A DNA stretch of 64,000 nt from Deltaproteobacteria bacterium (GTDB taxonomy: Bacteria > Myxococcota_A > Polyangia > Polyangiales > Houyiibacteriaceae), in contig JAXMNT010000025.1 of assembly GCA_034670305.1 (NCBI GenBank), positions 43,593 through 107,592 of the forward strand. The letters run 5' to 3'. Each line of letters starts with the position of its first letter. Positions within the stretch are counted from its first letter, which is position 1. Made by a program: the position numbers and the translations under genes. This document shows, one piece after another, positions 30,664 through 39,100 of this stretch. The notes under the pieces are model-generated. The model was not told where the DNA came from, did no database searches, and worked only from the letters and a program-made list of their open reading frames with translations.

Positions 30664-32382
30664 ATGACGGCGAAGAAGAAGTGGGGGTTCTTGCAGCCCA
30701 CGCCGACGCCGTACGATCCGCTCGAGTGGGTGCAGATGCCGCTCGAGGAGCGCGGGCGGCTGGGGTGTCAGGCGTGGGCGCTCGATGGGTACGGCACGCC
30801 GCCCGCGGTGTTTCTCGTCTACCTCGCGAAGATCGCGCTGTACGTGTTCGGGTGGGCGGCCTGCTGCACCACCAGTCCCGCGCTCGGGCCGCTCTCTGAG
30901 ATCGGGACCTGGTGGCTGCACCCCCTCGCGTTCCAGAAAGCCATTCTGTTCAGCATGCTCTTCGAGGGGCTGGGTCTCGGTTGCGGCAGCGGTCCGCTGA
31001 CCGGCCGCTACATGCCGCCCATCGGTGGCCTGCTCTATTGGCTGCGCCCCGGCACCACCAAGCTCCCACTCTTCCGTTCGGCGCCACTCATCGGCGGCCA
31101 CCGGCGCACCTGGTTCGATGTGGCCGTCTACGCGGTGTTCGTCGGCGTGTGCGGGTGGGCGCTCGTGTCGCCCGAGATCGCGCCGGTGCAGCTGCTCGTC
31201 GTCGTGGTCGTCGTGCCCTTGCTCGGGGTGCTCGACAAGACGCTGTTCTTGGCGGCGCGCGCCGAACACTACTGGGTGACCGCGCTCGTCTTTCTCTGGG
31301 CGAGCTCCGGCGACGCAGTCGATTCGGTGACGCTGGTCGCCGGCAGCAAAGCGGTGATGCTCGCGCTCTGGTTCTTCGCGGGGTTCTCGAAACTCAACCA
31401 CCACTTCCCGAGCACCGTGTGCGTGATGACCAGCAACTCACCGCTCACGCGCGGCACGCCGCTTCGCCGCTGGGTGTACCGGAGCTACCCGGACGACCTG
31501 CGCCCTTCGCGGTTCGCCGTCGTACTCGCCCACGCCGGCACGTTGCTCGAACTCTCGATTCCCCTGGTGCTCGTGTTCGCCACGGACGGCCCCTGGCTGA
31601 CGGTGGGGATCGGGCTCGCGCTCCTGCTGCATTGCCACATCACGAGCAGCGTGCCGATGGCCGCGCCGCTCGAGTGGAACGTGCTCATGGTCTACGGGCT
31701 CTTCGCGCTGTTCGTGGCGCACCCGGAGATCCAAGTGTTCGATCTCGGCCTCAGCGGCCTGAGCGTGTTCCTGCTCGTCGCGCTGCTCGCCATTCCGCTC
31801 CTCGGCAACCTCTTCCCGAACCGGGTCTCGTTCCTGCTCGCGATGCGCTACTACGCGGGCAACTGGCCGTACGGCATCTGGCTCTTTCGCGGCGAGAGCT
31901 ACCGCAAGCTCGATCGGCTGACGAAGAGCGCCGCCTGGGTCCACGACCAGCTCGCCCGCTTCTACGATCACGCGACGGCGGTCGGACTGGTCGGCAAGGT
32001 GCTCGCGTTCCGGCTGATGCATCTGCAGGGCCGCTGTCTGCCCAACTTGATCCCGAAGGCCGTCGATCGGCTGCAGGACTTCGAATACGTCGACGGCGAG
32101 ATCATCGCGGGCCTCGCGCTCGGCTGGAACTTCGGCGACGGCCACCTGCACAACGAAACGTTGCTCGCCGCGATTCAAGCCCAGTGTCAGTTCGAACCCG
32201 GCGAGCTCCGTTGCATCTTCGTCGAAGCCCAGCCGCTCTTCGGCAAGACGCTCGAGTACCGAATCGTCGACGCGGCCACGGGACGGATCGAGAAGGGCAC
32301 CTGCGACGTCGCCGAACTCCGAACCCGCCAACCCTGGCAATGCACCCCGGCGGAGACGGCCGATCCGAGGACCGTGTCGTGA
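30664..32382 (+). CDS. DUF3556-like transmembrane protein
   Basis: GFLQP start, GYGTP, GSGPLTGR, DKTLFLAARAEHY, SKLNHHFP, SFLLAMRYYAGNW, GWNFGDGHLHNE. Confidence 0.8.
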   Translation: MTAKKKWGFLQPTPTPYDPLEWVQMPLEERGRLGCQAWALDGYGTPPAVFLVYLAKIALYVFGWAACCTTSPALGPLSEIGTWWLHPLAFQKAILFSMLFEGLGLGCGSGPLTGRYMPPIGGLLYWLRPGTTKLPLFRSAPLIGGHRRTWFDVAVYAVFVGVCGWALVSPEIAPVQLLVVVVVVPLLGVLDKTLFLAARAEHYWVTALVFLWASSGDAVDSVTLVAGSKAVMLALWFFAGFSKLNHHFPSTVCVMTSNSPLTRGTPLRRWVYRSYPDDLRPSRFAVVLAHAGTLLELSIPLVLVFATDGPWLTVGIGLALLLHCHITSSVPMAAPLEWNVLMVYGLFALFVAHPEIQVFDLGLSGLSVFLLVALLAIPLLGNLFPNRVSFLLAMRYYAGNWPYGIWLFRGESYRKLDRLTKSAAWVHDQLARFYDHATAVGLVGKVLAFRLMHLQGRCLPNLIPKAVDRLQDFEYVDGEIIAGLALGWNFGDGHLHNETLLAAIQAQCQFEPGELRCIFVEAQPLFGKTLEYRIVDAATGRIEKGTCDVAELRTRQPWQCTPAETADPRTVS

Positions 32383-32464
32383 TCGAGGTTGGTGAGCTGA
32401 CCAGATATGGTTGGTGTCGCGTGCGCCCTCTTCGCCACCGCGTGCATCGCAGCCAGACCGTGTC

Positions 32465-32776
32465 GTGACGCAGATCTGTGTCGTCGCTGCGTGTCCCGGT
32501 GATGCGGACGAGGTGATTCTCCTGGTGGACCGAGCGGGTCGACCCCACTTCTGGTGTCCCATGTGCGGCCTCTCTTGGACGACACCCCCATCGCGCGCTG
32601 GTGCCGAAGAGACACTCCTGTCGTTGCCCCGCGACAAGTTCCGCCTCCCGACAGCCGCGGAGTCTCGGCAGCTGTTGCACGAACTGAGCATTCTCGAAGC
32701 GAAGGAGCCGCTGTCCGAAGAGTTCGTGCTTCGTGTGGGCGCGAGACAAGGGCTCATCCTGGATAGGTGGCCATGA
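32465..32776 (+). CDS. Small hypothetical protein with CxxC (WCPMCG)
   Basis: Short ORF with less GC3-biased codons; start uncertain (32411 or 32465). Confidence 0.4.
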   Translation: MTQICVVAACPGDADEVILLVDRAGRPHFWCPMCGLSWTTPPSRAGAEETLLSLPRDKFRLPTAAESRQLLHELSILEAKEPLSEEFVLRVGARQGLILDRWP

Positions 32777-33159
32777 ACGCGGATTGAGCCCACGTCTTGA
32801 ATCTGCTCCATCGGTTCCGGTACGGAGACGAACCGCTCAGCCTGGTCGATGGCTGGCAACCCAAAGACCGAACGGTTCTGAAGTTCGTGTACGAGGTCTG
32901 GATGTTCCGAGACGGTGGCTCCTACGAAATCGATCCGACCTGGTCGGAACTCGTCGATGACGCGGCGTCCAGCGTGGCCTTGGTGTACCTCGATCGTTGG
33001 TCGCTCTTTATCGAGGCGGGACGTGTGTTCCGGAATCCACCGTTGCTCAATCGTCTGTTTCGGCGATCAGCGCTGCACCAGCATTGGCCGTTTCTCTCAC
33101 AGGCCGACCATCGGACGACGGAGGCGCAGACAGCGAGGCGGCTCCGGTTGGTTCCATAG
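32773..33159 (+). pseudogene. Possible pseudogene or hypothetical protein
   Basis: ATG 32773 overlaps the upstream stop (ATGA) and is in frame with ORF 32797-33159, but is interrupted by TGA at 32785-32787. Confidence 0.35.
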
Positions 33160-33436
33160 CTGCACGGTGAGAGCTGTCAGCCGCGTGAGCTGATGAAGTA
33201 CGTGGATGGTCGTGGTGAGCCGACGCGTGGGTTCACGGTCGAGTCGTTCTCGGCCAGCTCCGCCGAGGACCCAGACTCCTCGCCCGGCTTCACGGGGAAT
33301 GGCTGCCGCTCGAAACGTCAGTCGAGCGGGCGTTCGTCGAGTTGGCCGAAGAGGGTGTGGTGCGAGACGACGGCGGAACGTGGTTCTTCGTGGCCGGTCC
33401 TGTGCTGTATGGATGAAGGTCGGGGATGGGCTAGGC

Positions 33437-33628
33437 GCTGTTGCTGCTGACTGCTGGTGCTTCTGCAGCTGACCCGTTGCTGGAAGCGGATGCTGTTGCT
33501 GACTCTGCGTCGACGCTGCTGCTGACGCTGCAGCTGACGCTGCTGCTGACTCTGCGGCTGACGCTGCTGCTGACTCTGCAGCTGACGCTGCAGCTGACTC
33601 TGCAGCTGACCTGACTCTGCAGCTGACC
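33437..33628 (+). repeat. 12-mer tandem array GCTGAC(G/T)CTGCN, locus B
   Basis: Direct reading; degenerate at the left end, regular from about 33520. Confidence 0.9.
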
Positions 33629-33648
33629 ACTGCTCTGTTGTGTGGTGT

Positions 33649-33688
33649 GAACTCCCCCACACTCTCCCGAACTCCCCCGAACTCTCCC
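33649..33688 (+). repeat. Four 10-bp direct repeats (GAACTC[C/T]CCC-like)
   Basis: GAACTCCCCC ACACTCTCCC GAACTCCCCC GAACTCTCCC. Confidence 0.85.
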
Positions 33689-33770
33689 TGAACCAACGAA
33701 CCCGCGGTCGGTGGCTGCACCCTGGGCAGGAGTGAGTCGTCGACGAGAAGGTTGACGGCGGTTCTGCAAA

Positions 33771-34070
33771 TCCGACGCCGAAGCCGAAGCCGACGCCGAC
33801 GCCGATGCCGAAGCCGAAGCCGATGCCGATGCCGACGCCGAAGCCGAAGCCGACGCCGAAGCCGAATCCGAAGCCGAAGCCGAAGCCGACGCCGACGCCG
33901 AAGCCGACGCCGAAGCCGAAGCCGACGCCGACGCCGACGCCGAAGCCGACGCCGAACCCGACGCCGAACCCGAAGCCGACGCCGAAGCTGATGCCGACGA
34001 AGCCGAACCCGACGCCGACCCCGACCCCGACGCCGACGCCGACACCGAACCTGATGCCGACGACGCCGAT
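33771..34070 (+). repeat. Degenerate hexamer array GCCGA[A/C/T], locus B left
   Basis: Direct reading. Confidence 0.95.
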
Positions 34071-34093
34071 GGAACACCCAACGGAACACTGCC

Positions 34094-34271
34094 GCGCCCC
34101 TTCTCGTCAGAGGTTGGCTTGCCCGCGGGGTGTCCGACCGTAGCGGTCTGGGCGGCGCCGCGTAAAGGAGGCCTTCGGCCCGGCGGGATGCCCGCCGCTT
34201 CACTGCGCGCTTCGCGCTTGCTCGTCCTTGACCCGGCACCACCCAGACCGCTGAGGGCGCTTCGCGCCCCC
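34094..34271. other. Conserved structured non-coding motif (copy 2), branched stem-loop
   Basis: Arms 34142-34160 and 34234-34252 pair 17/19; internal hairpins GGCC-TTC-GGCC, CGGCGGG-ATG-CCCGCCG and GCGC-TTC-GCGC; a further GGGCGC-TTC-GCGCCC follows at about 34255-34269. Confidence 0.75.
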
Positions 34272-34312
34272 GGGCAGTTCGCTCGGAAGGCTGACGACCG
34301 GGAGGTCCTACG

Positions 34313-34624
34313 ATGCTGGTATTCGACAAGTCGCTTCTTCTTCTCTCTTTGCTGGTGCGCGAGGTTCTGCCTCGCATTCGCGAGGCGTCGTTGAAGTCGC
34401 AGCTGCGGCGCGCGGCGCAGGCGGTTCCTCTGCTCATTGCGGAGTCTCGGAGCGCGCGGGGTGGGCGGAACCCGGACGGGTTCTCGCGCGCCCTGGGCGA
34501 AGCGCGCGAGGTGAAGGCGGCTCTTCAGGTGGCGGCGGTGATGGGGTACGTCGAGGCGAGTGACGACGTGTACGACTTGGCGGACCACGTCTGCGCGATG
34601 TTGTTCAAGCTGAGTCGGACGTAG
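34313..34624 (+). CDS. Four helix bundle protein (23S rRNA IVS protein / Avd-like superfamily)
   Basis: GGAGG SD; LKSQLRRAAQAVPLLIAE (cf. family QLRRAAxSxxxNIAEG), F..ALGEAREVKAALQVA..MGY, terminal AMLFKL; 103 aa, all helical. Confidence 0.85.
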   Translation: MLVFDKSLLLLSLLVREVLPRIREASLKSQLRRAAQAVPLLIAESRSARGGRNPDGFSRALGEAREVKAALQVAAVMGYVEASDDVYDLADHVCAMLFKLSRT

Positions 34625-34670
34625 GTGGCTCCGGCGGAGCGTCCGTTGGGGGCGCTCCGCTCCGCTCCGC

Positions 34671-34804
34671 TCCGACTCCGAAGCCGAAGCCGAAGCCGAA
34701 GCCGAAGCCGAAGCCGAAGCCGAACGCGACGCCGAAACTGATGCCGAACCCGACGCCGAACGCGACGCCGAACCCGACGCGGACGCCGACCCCGACTTCC
34801 GACT
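34671..34804 (+). repeat. Hexamer array GCCGAA/GCCGAC, locus B right; preceded by (GCTCC)n and a hairpin
   Basis: Direct reading; GGAGCG...CGCTCC hairpin at about 34635-34658. Confidence 0.9.
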
Positions 34805-35741
34805 ACTGCACGCGGACCCGGAGCTGGTAGGTGCCGCAGAGGGCGGCGCCGGGGTGTTCGACGGAGCCGACGCGGATCCACATGAGGCCGTCGGCGTCGT
34901 CGCCGTCGTTGGGCAGGCAGTTGAGGTCGTGGAAGACGCTGACGGTGTTCTCGCCCGTGTCGGCTGTGTCCGAGCAGGTTCCGGCCCCGTCGTTGCGGTC
35001 GCCCGAGCCGCAGTTGTAGGAGAGCGTGCCGCTGTCGCAGGCGAAGCGGACGTCGAGGGTCGGGGTGATGCCGGCGGGGAGGTCGCTGACGGTGACGGTC
35101 ACGTTGGGTGGGCCGCCGCCGGGCACGATGCGCGGGCTGCGGTCGTTGATCTGGATCGAGTACCAGTCCTCGTCGGTCTCGTCGTGCAAGGTCGCGTAGC
35201 GGGTGACGGTGCTGTCGGGAATGTCGGACTCGGTGCCGAGGTGGTGGGGGTCGGACTCGGTGCTCGGTTCTGCGGCGTCCGCGCACGGGACGCACGCGTA
35301 CTCTCCGCTGCAACGCATCGAGGGATCGCAGACGCCACAGTCCAGGGTCTCGCCGCATCCGTCGGTGACGAGGCCGCACTCTGCCGCGAGGCTGTCGCAG
35401 GTCGCGCATGCTTCGTAGGCACACAGATGGGTGTCTTCGTCGCAGTACACCCGCATGCCTTCTTCCGGCTCTGCGCAGGGTGTGTTGGGTGGGCAGGCGT
35501 TCCGGCAGCCGTAGTCCGGCTGGTCGAACGTACTGTCCCTCGCGCACGTGCCATCGTCGCAGCGGTGCTCGAAACTACCGCACGGCGGCGGCCCCGAATC
35601 GAGGTTGGCGTCGACCGCCACCCTGCTGTCCACCCCCGCGTCCCCCGGTGCCGCGTCTCCGCCGCCCCCATCCTCGGGCGACTTCACGACCAGACATCCC
35701 ATCGTCACGACGAGACAACCCCACTTGATACTGCGCGACAT
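34803..35741 (-). CDS. Cys-rich lipoprotein with C-terminal PPC-like beta domain
   Basis: TMG-C lipobox, DAG-rich linker, ECGLVTDGCGETLDCGVC repeat typical of myxobacteria, DEDWY motif. Confidence 0.75.
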   Translation of the reverse strand: MSRSIKWGCLVVTMGCLVVKSPEDGGGGDAAPGDAGVDSRVAVDANLDSGPPPCGSFEHRCDDGTCARDSTFDQPDYGCRNACPPNTPCAEPEEGMRVYCDEDTHLCAYEACATCDSLAAECGLVTDGCGETLDCGVCDPSMRCSGEYACVPCADAAEPSTESDPHHLGTESDIPDSTVTRYATLHDETDEDWYSIQINDRSPRIVPGGGPPNVTVTVSDLPAGITPTLDVRFACDSGTLSYNCGSGDRNDGAGTCSDTADTGENTVSVFHDLNCLPNDGDDADGLMWIRVGSVEHPGAALCGTYQLRVRVQ

Positions 35742-36100
35742 GACGTTTCCTTCTGGACCCCACGAAAGCTTATGCAGAGATTGGACCGAGAGGAAAACAA
35801 CTGTGATTTCGGCGGAGAGCGACCTCGTCTTCAGGAGAGTGCGTTGCCCCAGTCACACCGCTGAGCCGCACCGGCACGTCCTCGAATGGCGATGGGAGGT
35901 TGGCCCGGCTCCGGGTGGCAGACCCGAACTCGACGCGGCCGCCAAGCCGCTGAGTCCAGTTGAAAACGAGCGGCCTCTCACCGCGACGGGGGTTCAGGCA
36001 CCGGTTCGGCGGCCGGACACGCCGGTTCGGTGCAGGTGCCGCCAGCAAAACCCCGCGTCGGGCGGCGCAACCATGGATGCGCGTGTAGGATGCCGGCGCC

Positions 36101-39100
36101 ATGCGTTTCTCGATACTTCTCACGCTCGTTCTGCTGGTTCCCCCGTCGTTTGTGGGGCCCGCGCACGCGCAACGATCGCGCAATCCGTTCGATGCGGAGA
36201 CGACGCGTCTCGCACGCGAGGTCGAGCGGAACGGGCGGCGGCCGGAGCGGGCGATGGTTCCGCTTCTGGACCTCATTCGGTACGGCGAAGAGACCTCGCC
36301 AGGCACGACCGACCGGGCGCTCTCGCGGCTGGCCGCGAGCCGCCGCATCGATCCCATGGTGCGCAGTTTCGCCGCGACCTACCACGCCTACGGCATGGTC
36401 GGCGCGGGCGATCCCGCCGGTGCGCAGAGCCGGCTCGACGAGCTCGGGTACGTGCGGCACTGGCAGGTGGTCGGGCCGTTCGACAACGAGGGCAAGAGCG
36501 GGTTCGACCGTGAGCTGCCTCCGGAAGCCGGACGTTCCGGGCCGGTCGATCGAGAAGCGCGGTTCCAAGGCAAAGAGCGCGAGGTCTCCTGGCGCGCGTA
36601 CCCGCCGGATCTCAACCGGTACAGCTACGTGGATCTCGACGCGGTGTTGCGTCCGAACGTCAACGTCTGTGCCTACGCGGAGACGTTCGTGTTCAGCGAA
36701 CGCGCGCAGCCGCTGACCTTGTGGCTCGGTTCGGGCGGGGCCAACAAGGTGTGGTTCAACGGCGAACTCGCCGGTACGGACACGGAGTACCGTTCACCAG
36801 AAATCGATCGTTCGGTGGCGCTCGTCGGCGCACGCGCGGGCTGGAACCGGGTGCTGGTCAAAGACTGCGTGGCGGACGGCAAGTGGGGGTTCTTCCTCCG
36901 CATCGGCGACGTGCGCGGCGGGCAGGCGACTGGCCTACGAATCGATCCGGGCGGCGCGACGGCGGCGGCGGCGGCACCCGAGCGCGCCGCGACGTTGCCC
37001 ACGGCGCCGACCGCGGTGCTCGCACGCCTCGAAGCGGCGGTGGCCGACGACGACGAGGACGCTGCGGCCCGAGAGGCGCTGGCGCGGTTTCTCGCGGCGA
37101 CCGGGGCCGACGATGGCGACGCCAACCGGGTGCGGCAGTTGGCCGAGCGCTCGGTGGAGCTGCAGCCGAACGTCGATCGCATCCTCTTCGCAGTGCGCCA
37201 GGTGGAGTCGCGGGCGGAGCGCATGCGGCTGGCCCAGCAAGCGGAAGAACTCGCGCCGCGCGACCCGCGGGTGCGGCTCTTGCGCGCCGAACTGGTCGCG
37301 GGTGGACCGGACGCCGGTCGCGCGCTCCGCATGCTCGACTTCCCGACGAACACCATCACGGGGATGAAGGCCGCCTGGCTGCGCGCGTCGATGCTGGAGG
37401 AGGACGGGCTCCCGCTCTCGGGTCTCGCGCTCATCGAAGAGATGAGCGAGACGAGCGGCGGCGCGCTCTCGTGGGTGTCGCGCCTGCGCCGCGCCTACGC
37501 GAACCTTGGCCGGCGCGAAGCGAGTCTGCGGCTCACCGAACAGGTCCTGTCGATGGCGTACGACAACGCGGAGGCTCGGCGCATCTTGATCGCCGACGCG
37601 CTCGAGCGCGACGAACGCGACCGGTTGCGGGCGGAAGTTCAGCACCTGCGCGCGGCGTTCCCCGGTTCGTCTCGGGTGCTGGCGGAAGCCGCAGGGCTGC
37701 ACGAAGGGCTCGGTGAGATCGACGAAGCGCTCGAGCTGTACCGGACCATCATCGCGACGTGTCCCGACGAGTCCAGCCACCACGTACAGTACGGACGCGC
37801 GCTGCTGCGCCTCGGGCAGCCGGGGCCGGCGGCGGATGCGTTCCGCGCCGCACTGGTGCTGCGGCCGCAGGACGGTCAGACCCGGCGCATGCTCGAACGC
37901 ATCCGTCCCGCTGCGCGCGAAGACGAAGCGTTCGCGGTCGACATCGAGGAGATCCTCGCCCGGCGGCTCGAGTCGAGCGACTGGCCCGCGACCATGCTCC
38001 AGGATCTGACGGTCAACACCGTGTACGAGAACGGGCTCAGCGCCTCGTTCCGGCAGATCAGCTACCAGGTGCACTCGGTGGAAGGCGCACGGCAGATGCA
38101 GAGCTACCCGATCTTCCATGAGCCCGGCGCCGAGTGGGTCGAGGTGCGTTCGGCCCGCGTGCACCGTGCCGATGGCCGAGTGGACGAGTCGATCCGCACC
38201 GGGACCCGGAGTCTCGGTGACCCGCGCTACCGCATCTACTACAACACCGCCGCGCTGGTCGTGCAGTTCCCGGATCTCGAGCCAGGCGACACGGTGGAGC
38301 TTCGCTACCGGGTGGAGAACAACAGCCGCCGCAACGAGTTCAACGACTACTACGGGGACCTGCGACCGTTGCGCGGCCGGGTGCCGGTCCAGAACTTCGA
38401 CTACGTGCTCCGCACGCCGACTTCGCGCGAGTTCTACTTTAACGAGCCGAACCTTCCCCGGCTGACGCACGAACGGACCCAGTCGGGCGACCGTCGCATC
38501 GACCGGTTCCGCGCGACCAACATCGCGCCGGTGCGCTCCGAGCCGCGCATGCCCGGCCTCACCGAAGTCGCGCCCTACCTGCACGTCTCCACGTACGACA
38601 GCTGGGAGCGACTCGGTCGCTGGTGGTGGGGGCTCGCGCAGGATCAGCTGCGGCCCGACGAAGCGCTCGAGCGCACGGTGCGCGAGCTCGTGGACGGCGC
38701 GACCGACACGCGCGAGAAGGTGGCGCGCATCTACGGATGGGTGCTGCGCAACACGCGCTACGTCGGCCTCGAGTTCGGCATCCACGGGTTCAAGCCGTAT
38801 CGGATCACCCAGGTGGTCGAGCGGGGCTTCGGCGACTGCAAAGACAAGGCGTCGCTGCTCTACGCGATGTTCCGGATCGCGGGCATCGACGCGCGGATCG
38901 CGCTGGTGCGCACCCGGAGCAACGGCGACATCTCGGACACGCCAGCGTCGCTCGCCGCGTTCAACCACGCCATCGCGTACGTGCCGGAGCTCGACCTGTT
39001 CCTGGATGGAACGACCGAGACCAACGGCACGAGCGAGCTGCCTCCGCAGGACCAGGGGGTCATGACACTCCTCGTCGGTCCAGAGACGGTGGAGCTGCGC

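Noticed and set aside
33193-33450. 85-aa ORF MKYVDGRG...
   Set aside because: No coding bias or motif; runs into the repeat array.
34094-34200. HDV-like ribozyme on the minus strand (GCC-TCC...GGC-GCCGCCC resembles P3/L3/P1)
   Set aside because: No GG for P1.1 after the putative P1 strand, no clear P2/J4-2, and copy A does not keep the P3 pairing.
32400-34300. Integron cassette array/attC sites
   Set aside because: No RYYYAAC...GTTRRRY-bounded sites found after the small ORFs; no integrase.
34313-34624. Diversity-generating retroelement (avd)
   Set aside because: No reverse transcriptase and no TR/VR pair differing at adenines seen in the window.
33437-34804. CRISPR array
   Set aside because: Repeats are contiguous 6-12-mers without unique spacers; no cas genes.
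35742-36100. Riboswitch/ncRNA in long intergenic gaps (also 17502-17700, 48411-48810)
   Set aside because: No recognisable consensus by eye; an Rfam scan would be needed.
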